Source of the DNA: Escherichia coli
GTDB lineage: Bacteria > Pseudomonadota > Gammaproteobacteria > Enterobacterales > Enterobacteriaceae
DNA: 64,000 bases
Direction: 5' to 3' (one strand)
NCBI RefSeq assembly: GCF_044324785.1
Contig: NZ_CP172127.1
In this document: piece after piece, positions 23,943-33,572 of the stretch
How the letters are laid out: each line of letters opens with the position of its first letter
How positions within the stretch are numbered: the first letter of the stretch is position 1
The notes under the pieces: model-generated
What the model was told of the DNA's origin: nothing
Databases searched by the model: none
What the model saw: the letters and a program-made list of their open reading frames with translations, nothing else
Program-made: the position numbers and the translations under genes

Positions 23943-24878
23943 ATGGCACTGCCAATTCTGTTAGATTGCGACCCAGGTCATGATGACGCTATCGCAATAG
24001 TTCTCGCCCTCGCCTCACCAGAGCTTGATGTCAAAGCAATTACGTCTTCCGCCGGAAACCAGACACCAGAAAAAACCTTACGCAATGTTCTGCGTATGCT
24101 GACCTTGCTTAATCGCACCGATATTCCGGTGGCAGGCGGCGCGGTAAAACCGTTAATGCGTGAGTTGATTATCGCGGACAATGTGCACGGCGAAAGCGGT
24201 CTCGACGGCCCGGCATTACCGGAACCGACGTTTGCACCGCAAAAGTGTACGGCGGTGGAGCTGATGGCGAAAACGCTACGTGAAAGTGCGGAACCTGTCA
24301 CGATTGTGTCTACCGGACCGCAAACTAACGTTGCCTTGCTGCTCAATAGCCATCCGGAACTGCATAGCAAAATTGCTCGTATCGTGATTATGGGTGGCGC
24401 AATGGGGCTTGGTAACTGGACGCCTGCGGCTGAATTTAATATTTACGTTGACCCGGAAGCGGCAGAAATTGTTTTCCAGTCAGGGATCCCGGTGGTGATG
24501 GCCGGTCTGGATGTTACTCACAAAGCACAAATTCACGTTGAGGACACCGAGCGTTTCCGCGCCATTGGCAACCCTGTTTCAACCATTGTTGCCGAACTGC
24601 TGGATTTCTTCCTCGAATATCATAAAGACGAAAAATGGGGCTTTGTCGGCGCACCGCTGCATGACCCATGCACCATCGCCTGGCTGTTAAAACCGGAGTT
24701 GTTTACCACTGTTGAGCGCTGGGTTGGCGTGGAAACACAAGGGAAATATACCCAGGGTATGACGGTTGTTGATTATTATTATCTGACCGGCAATAAACCG
24801 AATGCTACTGTAATGGTCGATGTTGATCGTCAGGGCTTTGTTGATTTACTGGCTGATCGTCTGAAATTTTACGCTTAA
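23943..24878 (+). CDS. rihA: Pyrimidine-specific ribonucleoside hydrolase RihA
   Basis: 311 aa from [16 protein letters not shown] (nucleoside hydrolase DxDxxxDD motif); track ORF begins 11 codons upstream. Confidence 0.93.
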   Translation: MALPILLDCDPGHDDAIAIVLALASPELDVKAITSSAGNQTPEKTLRNVLRMLTLLNRTDIPVAGGAVKPLMRELIIADNVHGESGLDGPALPEPTFAPQKCTAVELMAKTLRESAEPVTIVSTGPQTNVALLLNSHPELHSKIARIVIMGGAMGLGNWTPAAEFNIYVDPEAAEIVFQSGIPVVMAGLDVTHKAQIHVEDTERFRAIGNPVSTIVAELLDFFLEYHKDEKWGFVGAPLHDPCTIAWLLKPELFTTVERWVGVETQGKYTQGMTVVDYYYLTGNKPNATVMVDVDRQGFVDLLADRLKFYA

Positions 24879-24961
24879 CACACGTCATTGATTAAGATCA
24901 CCACGCGTTACCCGGGTGGTCTTAATCTGTTTATCTCTTTTTCTTTCAAGATATAAATGCA

Positions 24962-26632
24962 ATGGATAATGCAGAACTCGCCATTGGTATCGATCTCGGC
25001 ACTACCAATAGTTTAATTGCCGTCTGGAAAGACGGTGCCGCGCAATTAATTCCAAATAAGTTCGGTGAATATTTAACACCATCCATAATTAGCATGGATG
25101 AAAATAATCATATTTTAGTCGGAAAACCCGCTGTATCACGGCGCACTTCGCATCCGGATAAAACGGCAGCGTTATTTAAACGTGCAATGGGCAGTAATAC
25201 CAACTGGCGGTTAGGCAGCGACACATTTAACGCGCCAGAACTGTCCTCTTTGGTATTACGCTCATTAAAAGAAGATGCCGAAGAATTTCTGCAACGTCCG
25301 ATTAAAGATGTGGTGATCTCCGTTCCGGCTTATTTCAGCGATGAACAACGCAAGCATACCCGTTTAGCAGCGGAGTTAGCCGGGTTAAATGCGGTACGCT
25401 TAATTAATGAACCCACAGCAGCTGCGATGGCATATGGCCTGCATACGCAACAAAATACCCGCTCACTGGTTTTTGATCTCGGTGGCGGCACGTTTGACGT
25501 CACGGTGCTCGAATACGCCACGCCGGTGATTGAAGTTCACGCCTCCGCTGGCGACAACTTTCTTGGCGGCGAAGATTTTACTCATATGCTGGTGGATGAA
25601 GTTTTAAAACGCGCCGCAGTGGCTAAAAACATGCTCAACGAAAGTGAGCTGGCAGCCCTGTACACCAGCGTGGAAGCGGCAAAATGCGGCAATCAATTAC
25701 CGCTGCAAATTAGCTGGCAGTATCAGGAAGAAACGCGTGAGTGCGAATTTTACGAGAACGAACTGGAAGATTTGTGGTTGCCGCTGCTCAATCGCTTGCG
25801 AGTGCCGATTGAACAGGCGTTGCGCGATGCACGTCTGAAGCCAAGTCAAATCGACAGTCTGGTGCTGGTTGGCGGCGCATCACAAATGCCGCTGGTGCAG
25901 CGAATCGCCGTACGTCTGTTTGGCAAATTACCATATCAAAGTTACGACCCGAGCACCATTGTCGCGCTGGGCGCAGCAATCCAGGCCGCCTGCCGCTTAC
26001 GCAGTGAAGATATTGAAGAGGTGATCCTCACTGATATTTGCCCTTACTCGTTGGGTGTTGAAGTTAACCGCCAGGGCGTTTCCGGCATTTTCTCGCCGAT
26101 TATTGAACGAAACACCACTGTACCGGTGTCGCGTGTAGAAACTTACTCGACCATGCACCCGGAACAGGATTCAATTACGGTTAACGTCTATCAGGGAGAA
26201 AATCACAAAGTTAAAAATAACATTCTGGTGGAATCCTTCGATGTGCCGTTGAAGAAAACCGGGGCTTATCAGTCGATTGATATTCGCTTTAGTTATGATA
26301 TCAACGGGTTGCTTGAAGTTGACGTGCTTCTGGAAGACGGCAGCGTTAAGTCCAGAGTCATTAATCACAGTCCTGTAACATTGAGCGCACAGCAGATTGA
26401 AGAGAGTCGGACGCGGTTATCCGCATTGAAAATTTATCCGCGCGATATGCTCATCAACCGTACCTTTAAAGCCAAACTGGAAGAGTTGTGGGCGCGGGCG
26501 CTGGGTGACGAGCGAGAAGAGATCGGCCAGGTGATCACCGATTTTGATGCGGCGTTGCAGTCAAACGATATGGCCCGCGTCGATGAAGTTCGGCGACGGG
26601 CGAGCGATTATTTGGCAATTGAGATCCCTTAA
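24962..26632 (+). CDS. hscC: HscC (Hsc62), atypical Hsp70-family chaperone
   Basis: 556-aa ORF; Hsp70 N-terminal ATPase signature IDLGTTNS, DLGGGTFD; shorter than DnaK. Confidence 0.95.
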   Translation: MDNAELAIGIDLGTTNSLIAVWKDGAAQLIPNKFGEYLTPSIISMDENNHILVGKPAVSRRTSHPDKTAALFKRAMGSNTNWRLGSDTFNAPELSSLVLRSLKEDAEEFLQRPIKDVVISVPAYFSDEQRKHTRLAAELAGLNAVRLINEPTAAAMAYGLHTQQNTRSLVFDLGGGTFDVTVLEYATPVIEVHASAGDNFLGGEDFTHMLVDEVLKRAAVAKNMLNESELAALYTSVEAAKCGNQLPLQISWQYQEETRECEFYENELEDLWLPLLNRLRVPIEQALRDARLKPSQIDSLVLVGGASQMPLVQRIAVRLFGKLPYQSYDPSTIVALGAAIQAACRLRSEDIEEVILTDICPYSLGVEVNRQGVSGIFSPIIERNTTVPVSRVETYSTMHPEQDSITVNVYQGENHKVKNNILVESFDVPLKKTGAYQSIDIRFSYDINGLLEVDVLLEDGSVKSRVINHSPVTLSAQQIEESRTRLSALKIYPRDMLINRTFKAKLEELWARALGDEREEIGQVITDFDAALQSNDMARVDEVRRRASDYLAIEIP

Positions 26633-26640
26633 ACACGGCT

Positions 26641-26673
26641 GCCGGATGCGGCATAAACGCTGCATCCGGCATC
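26641..26673. repeat. REP-like palindrome between convergent hscC and djlC
   Basis: GCCGGATGCGGCATAAACGCTGCATCCGGCATC. Confidence 0.5.
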
Positions 26674-26691
26674 GGCGCAAAAAACACTTCC

Positions 26692-28143
26692 TCAGCTAAA
26701 CAACATCGCGATTTTTCCGAGAGCATAACCTATCACCAGCACCGTTAAGCTGATTTTGATAATGCTGGTAATGCTCTGTGGTTTTTCATCCTCATCATTT
26801 TTTTCTTCGTGGTTTTCAGGTGTTGGCTCATCGACATCTTCATCCTCCGGCTCGAGTTTCACTTTCGTCAACAGCATCCGGGTGATAATGGCCTCTAATG
26901 GATGAGCATCTCCACCTTCCAGCCTTGTATTAAGACGGGCCAGCATCTCTTGTTTCGGGAACGCTTCCAGCACAACCTGTTCCGCTACCCGATACAAATC
27001 CAGTAACGGTGAATCTTGTTCTGTCTCGCTACCGACTCTCGATTTCCACCACGCCCATGCTTTGCGCTTGAAGAATAACGACTCAATAAACGATTGACCT
27101 AACGGCGATAATTTTCCGCTATGTAAAATTTCCGCCCATAACAGCCGCGTCCGGGCGCTCTCACCAGGAACATATTTCAACGGTTGACCTTGCGCATCAA
27201 CCATGCTCTGCGCTTCGATAACCATCACTAACAGCGCGAAATAATCCGGGCAATGACGCTTGCTCCACTGCAACAACAAATTATCGGCTTGTGTAGATGG
27301 GTAACTCTCCCGGTATGCGCAGAGATCGGCAAGCAGGCTTTCCCCCTCGCCACAGTACAACCGTTGCGCACACTGGTAATAACGGGCATCTTCGCTTTCT
27401 GGTTCTTCTGCTTGCCACTGTTGGGCAACAGGAATGAGTTCCGCCATACCTGTTTTCACCGAGCTGTACCAGCGCAACAGTTTGCGATGTAACTTGACAT
27501 CATCAGGAATGAACCACGGACCTTCCATTGCCATAAACGCAGTGACATAGTCGGGATGGTAACGGCAGCAGCGTTCCAGCGCGAAGTAATACTCAACAGT
27601 CTGGTTCTGCAACGCGACGGGATATTCCAGAAGGCTAAGGAAACCGAAACAATCACCAGCCTGAATGGCCTCAAGAAAAGCCTCCCTTTCTTCCTCATCC
27701 ATTCCTTCGCTGTCATTAAACGAATGCCAGTTCAAACGCTCTGCCAGCAAAGAAGCACAATTTAATGAAAGATATCGCGCTTCTATAGCGATTGCACACA
27801 GCGGCCAGCGTAATTGATCGACATCCTCCATGTTCCAGGTATTTAATTGCTGAATAAATTTCTGCCAGGCGGAGGGCTGAAAACGATCACTTTCTGAATC
27901 CAGTAATGTCCTGAATGCACGTAGTATTTCATGTTCAGCGGCGGCATCTTTACCTTCATTATCTGCTTCCTCGACAGGATTTACCGCCAGTCGCAGCGCC
28001 TCTTCATAGGCCTGGCGTAATGCTTTAAACCCCTGCGGATCGGTTTCGGGATGACACAACGGTAAGCGAGCAAGATAAGCCTGGCGGATAATGTCTATTT
28101 GCGTCGTGCTTTCAATTTCGAGGATTTGCCAACATGTTTTCAT
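26692..28143 (-). CDS. djlC: DjlC (YbeV/Hsc56), membrane-anchored J-domain co-chaperone of HscC
   Basis: 483-aa ORF; N-terminal J-like domain with HPE in place of HPD; C-terminal hydrophobic anchor; 4-nt overlap with upstream ybeU. Confidence 0.9.
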   Translation of the reverse strand: MKTCWQILEIESTTQIDIIRQAYLARLPLCHPETDPQGFKALRQAYEEALRLAVNPVEEADNEGKDAAAEHEILRAFRTLLDSESDRFQPSAWQKFIQQLNTWNMEDVDQLRWPLCAIAIEARYLSLNCASLLAERLNWHSFNDSEGMDEEEREAFLEAIQAGDCFGFLSLLEYPVALQNQTVEYYFALERCCRYHPDYVTAFMAMEGPWFIPDDVKLHRKLLRWYSSVKTGMAELIPVAQQWQAEEPESEDARYYQCAQRLYCGEGESLLADLCAYRESYPSTQADNLLLQWSKRHCPDYFALLVMVIEAQSMVDAQGQPLKYVPGESARTRLLWAEILHSGKLSPLGQSFIESLFFKRKAWAWWKSRVGSETEQDSPLLDLYRVAEQVVLEAFPKQEMLARLNTRLEGGDAHPLEAIITRMLLTKVKLEPEDEDVDEPTPENHEEKNDEDEKPQSITSIIKISLTVLVIGYALGKIAMLFS

Positions 28144-28847
28144 AGGTCGCTCACATCCTTAAGCGTTACCGGGCATTCAGGCTGGGCAGTCAATGGCTGC
28201 CAGGGAAGCGTGGCATAGAAACGATCGCTTCCCGCTGCCAGCTCTTCGAACATCCGACTCCCGGCGCTATCGTATTTGTACAGGGTTAGCGCCTCGCGTA
28301 GCGAAGCGTTGTCTTCGCACTGAGAAGATTGCCAGTAGAGACGCCCTAACGAATAGGCGGAAAAATAGTGCATCCAGCTGTGATAGTAATGGTGTGCTCG
28401 TATATAGACGCGCGATTGCAGCCATAAACTCTCGTCTTCCGTCAGCCACTTGTTGAGCACACCAACCCGTGATAAAAAACCCATCCGCACATAATCCCAG
28501 GCTTTGATTCCCCCTTCCCCACAACACATAGCGGTTTGGGCAACGAATTGGGTATAAATCAACCCTCTCTCCGAGCCGCCAGCAATTAATGCTTTCCACT
28601 CTTCAGGGGAAGAGCGATGCCATGTCAGATATAAGCCAGCTAAATCATTGGCATGACCATCATCGGTCATCTGATAAATAGTCTGAATTAAATCATCACG
28701 ATTATTTATTCCCCAGGATGATGAGAGATCGAATTCTTTTATCCCGGTATACATTTTTGGCGAGTCATGCGCAGGCTTGCAACCCTGATTAAGTATTTCC
28801 ATGGGCGTAGAAAGCGCAAAAAGAAGATATTGTTCTTCCTTATTCAT
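28140..28847 (-). CDS. ybeU: YbeU, DUF1266 family protein
   Basis: 235-aa ORF; clear paralog of YbeR (shared [30 protein letters not shown]). Confidence 0.88.
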   Translation of the reverse strand: MNKEEQYLLFALSTPMEILNQGCKPAHDSPKMYTGIKEFDLSSSWGINNRDDLIQTIYQMTDDGHANDLAGLYLTWHRSSPEEWKALIAGGSERGLIYTQFVAQTAMCCGEGGIKAWDYVRMGFLSRVGVLNKWLTEDESLWLQSRVYIRAHHYYHSWMHYFSAYSLGRLYWQSSQCEDNASLREALTLYKYDSAGSRMFEELAAGSDRFYATLPWQPLTAQPECPVTLKDVSDL

Positions 28848-28948
28848 TTGTTAATAATCCCTTAAGTGCATTAACTGACTACTTTTTTATTATTGATGAG
28901 TATAAACTTGACGCTTTCAAAATAAAAAGAAAATCGAAGCATTCACAC

Positions 28949-29503
28949 ATGAATAAAAAATTAATGTATATATTCGCAATATTTATAGTTGCAGCAATAA
29001 CCTGTATTAGCCAACCCAAGAAAACGACGTTGCGTGATAAAGCCATGGCGAATTATGCCTTTGATTATTTAAGCTCACCGGGCAGTCTTCCATTCACCAC
29101 GGCAGCCACGGAGCTTTCCGCGATTCATGGTCACTCAACGTCGCAATATCGCCTTGGAGAATTTTATCTTCATGGTAGCGACGGTAAACCACTGGATTAT
29201 ACACAGGCGAGATACTGGTATGAGCAATCAGCGGAACAGGAAAATCCACGCGCGCAAAGTAAACTGGGGTGGATCTACCTCAAAGGTCTGGGGGTCAAAC
29301 CCGATACCCGTAAAGCAATTCTCTGGTATAAGGAAGCAGCTGAACAAGGGTATGCTCATGCTCAATATACTTTAGGTTTGATCTACAGAAACGGCTCAGG
29401 TATTAATGTTAACCATTATGAATCTCAAAAATGGTTAAAACTGGCCGCCAAACAACATTACAAAAATGCGGAAAGATTACTTGCCGGGCTTCCCGCACAT
29501 TAA
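28949..29503 (+). CDS. ybeT: YbeT, Sel1-repeat (TPR-like) protein with N-terminal hydrophobic segment
   Basis: 184-aa ORF; Sel1 repeats (e.g. [32 protein letters not shown]); divergent from ybeU. Confidence 0.88.
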   Translation: MNKKLMYIFAIFIVAAITCISQPKKTTLRDKAMANYAFDYLSSPGSLPFTTAATELSAIHGHSTSQYRLGEFYLHGSDGKPLDYTQARYWYEQSAEQENPRAQSKLGWIYLKGLGVKPDTRKAILWYKEAAEQGYAHAQYTLGLIYRNGSGINVNHYESQKWLKLAAKQHYKNAERLLAGLPAH

Positions 29504-29512
29504 CGTCGACTG

Positions 29513-30940
29513 TCACCCGAACAGATGGAGTATTTTCCCTATCAAACCGGCAAAGATAAAAATGTAGAAAATAATTTTGATGACGCCCAGACAGCCCGGC
29601 CCACCATCGTCAACGGGCATTGGCTGCGGTTGCGGCTCCGGTTCGACGGTTTGCTTCTCGGTAAAATTTGCCGCCTGAATTAATAATCGACGAATCATTA
29701 ATGCTTCCAGTGGACAACGATCTTCTGCATCAAGGCGGCTCACAATCGGCATTAATGATTCTTCTGTCGGTTGGCTGGCCTGAACTAATTGTTTAGCAAC
29801 TAAATATAATGGCCATAAGGGATGTTCTGTATCACGCGTGAGTGAGATTCGCGGCTTACGTCCTTTGTGCAAAACCATCTCGACCAGAGAACGCCCCAGC
29901 GCAGAGAGTTTTTCATCACTGAGTATTTCGTATAAATGAAAACGCGTACGAGCGCTGTCACCAGGGACATAAAGTAGCGGTTTTCCCTGATCGTTAACCA
30001 GATCACGCGCTTCAATCATCATCACCACTAATGGGTAATAATCGACCCGATGCTGACGGCACCATTGCAACATTAAAGCATCCGCCTGAGTGGAGGGATA
30101 CTCGCGCCAGTAGTCACAAAGTTCTGCCAGCAGGCTTTCGCCTTCTCCACAATAGACGCGTTGCGCGTATTCATAATAACGCGCATCTTCATTATCAGGT
30201 TCAGCTTCCCGCCACGACCGGGCGTAATCCAGAAGTTCGGGGATATCCAGACGGCTTGTGCTATACCAGCGGAGTAAATTTCTGTGCAAATTTGCATCAT
30301 CGGGGATGATCACTGCGCGATGTTGCGCTAAATACAATGTCAGCCATTCTGGATGCGATGACCAAATCCGAGCGAACATTTGGTAAAAATCGATGGTGTC
30401 ATTTTGCACGGCAACGGGCAGATGCAGAATGGTCTGGAAGTTAAAAACATTCCCCTTCGCAATGGCATATAAAAAGGATTCCAGTTCTTCTTCGTCTATT
30501 TCCCCGACGTTTTCCTCCTGCAACCACCGCAATCTTTCTGCTAATAACACCACGCACTCGAAGGATAAATGGGCAGTGTTCATGGCGATTGTGCACAGCG
30601 ACCAGCGTAATTCATCAATCTCTTCCATCGAGCAATAATTTAATTGCTGAATGAATCGCTGCCAGGCGGAGGGCAGAAAACGTTCGATATCAGAGGCAAG
30701 TAACGCGCGAAAGGCGAGCAGAATTTCATGTTCTGCTACCTCATATTCTTCTGGTTGCCAAACAGATTTAGCAGGCGACTGCGCAATCCGTAGCGCATCC
30801 TCATACGCCTGACGAAGTTGTTTAAAACCCTGCGGATCGGTTTCTGGATGAAAGGACGGTAACAGCGCCAGATAAGCGCGGCGGATAATATCGACGTCAG
30901 TCGTTTGAGATATATCGAGGATCTGCCAGCAATTTTTCAT
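29513..30940 (-). CDS. djlB: DjlB (YbeS), membrane-anchored J-domain protein, paralog of DjlC
   Basis: 475-aa ORF; N-terminal J-like domain (HPE), C-terminal hydrophobic anchor; 4-nt overlap with upstream ybeR. Confidence 0.9.
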   Translation of the reverse strand: MKNCWQILDISQTTDVDIIRRAYLALLPSFHPETDPQGFKQLRQAYEDALRIAQSPAKSVWQPEEYEVAEHEILLAFRALLASDIERFLPSAWQRFIQQLNYCSMEEIDELRWSLCTIAMNTAHLSFECVVLLAERLRWLQEENVGEIDEEELESFLYAIAKGNVFNFQTILHLPVAVQNDTIDFYQMFARIWSSHPEWLTLYLAQHRAVIIPDDANLHRNLLRWYSTSRLDIPELLDYARSWREAEPDNEDARYYEYAQRVYCGEGESLLAELCDYWREYPSTQADALMLQWCRQHRVDYYPLVVMMIEARDLVNDQGKPLLYVPGDSARTRFHLYEILSDEKLSALGRSLVEMVLHKGRKPRISLTRDTEHPLWPLYLVAKQLVQASQPTEESLMPIVSRLDAEDRCPLEALMIRRLLIQAANFTEKQTVEPEPQPQPMPVDDGGPGCLGVIKIIFYIFIFAGLIGKILHLFG

Positions 30941-31644
30941 AGGTCGCTCATATCCTTAAGCGTTTCCGGGCATGCAGAATAGTAAGCCAATGGTTGCCAG
31001 GACAAGGTAGGGTAATACGCATCATCACTGGCAAATAATTGATAAAACATATCATTGCCGGAATCGTCGTATTCTTTACGCGCTAAGAATTCACGTAATA
31101 ACTGAAGATTATCATCTTCGGGAGACTGCCAATATTGCCGACCAAAGGTATAACCGGCAAAGTATTGCCGCCAGTTACTATAATAACGTAGAGCCCGTAG
31201 ATGAATACGCGACTGGATCCATAGACTTTCTTCTTCACTCAACCAGTTATTAAGTACGCCCATTCGGCTTAAAAAACCCATCCGGACATAATCCCAGGCT
31301 TTAATTCCTCCCTCACCACAGCATTCGGCGGTGCTGGCGACAAATTGCGCATAAGCCTGACCTTGCTCATTTAATTCAGCAAGATAGTCACGCCATTCAC
31401 ATGGCGAATAACGAAACCAGCAGTGATAAAACCCTGCCAACCGCGCGGCATGACCGTTATCAATCATTCGGTGAATTGTGCGCAGCAGGTCATCACGGTT
31501 ATCAATTCCCCAGGAGGAAGAAAGGTCAAAAAAGCGTGTACCTAAATACATTTTGGGGGATGAATGCGAAGGTAAACAGCATTCATTGCGTATTTCCATC
31601 GGAGTGGAAAGTGCAAACAATATTTTTTGCGACTCCATGTCCAT
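30937..31644 (-). CDS. ybeR: YbeR, DUF1266 family protein, paralog of YbeU
   Basis: 235 aa from [18 protein letters not shown]; track ORF has 9 extra N-terminal codons. Confidence 0.85.
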   Translation of the reverse strand: MDMESQKILFALSTPMEIRNECCLPSHSSPKMYLGTRFFDLSSSWGIDNRDDLLRTIHRMIDNGHAARLAGFYHCWFRYSPCEWRDYLAELNEQGQAYAQFVASTAECCGEGGIKAWDYVRMGFLSRMGVLNNWLSEEESLWIQSRIHLRALRYYSNWRQYFAGYTFGRQYWQSPEDDNLQLLREFLARKEYDDSGNDMFYQLFASDDAYYPTLSWQPLAYYSACPETLKDMSDL

Positions 31645-31807
31645 ATAATTTATCCTTAAATATTCATTCAATGAATATTAACCACGTTGCGAGGCTCATT
31701 TATTTATACTTTTCTGACGCAACATAATACGCATAAAATAAGGTTTACGCAAAAATGGAACACATAAAAATATAATATGCTTTATATGCAACCATAAGGA
31801 AATGATA

Positions 31808-32785
31808 ATGATTTTTACGTCAAGTTGCTGCGATAATTTATCAATAGATGAGATTATCGAACGTGCTGAAAAAGGCGATTGCGAGGCTCAATATATTATT
31901 GGGTTTTATTATAATCGCGATAGCGCAATTGACTCTCCGGACGACGAAAAGGCTTTTTACTGGCTGAAGCTGGCCGCTGAGCAAGGTCATTGTGAAGCAC
32001 AATATTCCTTAGGGCAAAAGTATACCGAGGATAAAAGCCGTCATAAAGATAATGGGCAAGCCATCTTTTGGCTGAAAAAAGCTGCCCTACAAGGCCATAC
32101 TTTCGCTTCCAACGCCCTTGGCTGGATACTGGATCGTGGAGAAGACCCCAACTATAAAGAAGCGGTTGCCTGGTATCAGATAGCCGCGGAGAGCGGAATG
32201 TCTTATGCGCATAATAATCTTGGGTGGATGTACAGAAATGGCAACGGAGTCGCACAAGACTATACGCTGGCATTTTTCTGGTACAAACAAGCTGCATTAC
32301 AAGGCCATAGTGACGCGCAAAACAATCTGGCCGATCTTTATGAAGACGGAAAAGGCGTTGCTCAAAACGAGACACTCGCCGCATTCTGGTATTTGAAAAG
32401 CGCACAGCAGGGTAATCGGCATGCCCAGTTTCAAATTGCATGGGATTATAACGCTGGCGAAGGGGTGGACCAGGACTATAAGCAAGCCATGTACTGGTAT
32501 CTGAAGGCTGCCGCTCAGGAAAGCGTCGGCGCTTACGTCAACATCGGTTATATGTATAAACATGGACAAGGCGTTGAGAAAGATTATCAGACCGCCTTTG
32601 AATGGTTTATGAAAGCCGCTGAATGCAATGACGCCACTGCCTGGTATAACCTGGCCATTATGTATCACTACGGAGAAGGAAGACCTGTCGATCTCCGACA
32701 GGCTCTCGACCTGTATCGTAAAGTTCAGGCATCCGGTACCAGGGATGTCAGTCAAGAAATCCGTGAGATTGAAGATTTACTGTAA
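31808..32785 (+). CDS. ybeQ: YbeQ, Sel1-repeat protein
   Basis: 325 aa from MIFTSS; at least seven Sel1 repeats of the form A..LG.(M/I)Y..G.GV..D; divergent from ybeR. Confidence 0.88.
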   Translation: MIFTSSCCDNLSIDEIIERAEKGDCEAQYIIGFYYNRDSAIDSPDDEKAFYWLKLAAEQGHCEAQYSLGQKYTEDKSRHKDNGQAIFWLKKAALQGHTFASNALGWILDRGEDPNYKEAVAWYQIAAESGMSYAHNNLGWMYRNGNGVAQDYTLAFFWYKQAALQGHSDAQNNLADLYEDGKGVAQNETLAAFWYLKSAQQGNRHAQFQIAWDYNAGEGVDQDYKQAMYWYLKAAAQESVGAYVNIGYMYKHGQGVEKDYQTAFEWFMKAAECNDATAWYNLAIMYHYGEGRPVDLRQALDLYRKVQASGTRDVSQEIREIEDLL

Positions 32786-32795
32786 GAGATAAAAA

Positions 32796-32825
32796 CAAGG
32801 GCCGGGGAATTTTATTCGGCCCATA
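32796..32825. terminator. Probable bidirectional terminator between convergent ybeQ and ybeL
   Basis: GGGCCG...CGGCCC hairpin flanked by A-run upstream and T-rich sequence downstream. Confidence 0.5.
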
Positions 32826-32855
32826 TTCTCTTTATTGCTGTGCGAAATCAAACCA

Positions 32856-33338
32856 TTAAGGCTCGAACGGGCGTCTCTGGAACTGGTCATGACCACATTT
32901 CGGGCATAGCGTCAGCACTTCCGGTGTATAGATCGGGAGATGGAAATGACATTTCTCGCAGACCAGATTACCCAGCCCGACCACTTCTCCGCTGTGATAA
33001 ACCCCGTGATGATTGAGGTCCTGGAAAACTTCGCGCCATTCAAGCTGCGTTTTATCGGTGATGTCTGCCAGTTCCTGCCACAAGCTTTCTTTAATCACCC
33101 GCATAAAGACGCTGTCAGACTCTTCTTTCAGGCTCTCTTCATAGCTCATGGCGAACTCTTCCAGGTCACGTCTGACAGCTCGCGTCAGCTCATCGACCTC
33201 GGTTCGCGTTAACTCCCCTGTTTTTATTACGCGCTCGCGCGCCTGCTCCACCAGTGCGTCGATATCACGTTCGCCATTGCGCAGACGTTCGCTCAGTGAC
33301 GCGACCAGTTCACGGTAATATTGAGCAACCTTGTTCAT
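32856..33338 (-). CDS. ybeL: YbeL (DUF1451), zinc-ribbon protein
   Basis: 160-aa ORF with C-terminal CxxC...CxxC (CEKCHFH...CPKCGHD). Confidence 0.9.
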   Translation of the reverse strand: MNKVAQYYRELVASLSERLRNGERDIDALVEQARERVIKTGELTRTEVDELTRAVRRDLEEFAMSYEESLKEESDSVFMRVIKESLWQELADITDKTQLEWREVFQDLNHHGVYHSGEVVGLGNLVCEKCHFHLPIYTPEVLTLCPKCGHDQFQRRPFEP

Positions 33339-33572
33339 CGTTTCATCTCCCGGGTCGTTAACTGACTATAATAATAGACGTTCTTTGTTCCTTGCTTTGC
33401 TAATACGCCCACAAACTCTGTAAATTAATGTATGAATAATCCGGGCATCATTTCAACGTCGAGTGCGCGAAAGGCTGTTTTGACGCGGACGTTTGGGCTA
33501 TGCTATGCGGATCTGAAAAACCACCTCAACGCTACATTTGTAGCCGTATTGAAAACAGGACCACTGGCTGCC

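Noticed and set aside
28949-32785. ybeT/ybeQ Sel1-repeat genes as a recent duplication or mobile cassette
   Set aside because: The two proteins differ greatly in length and sequence and there are no flanking repeats; the duplication looks ancient.
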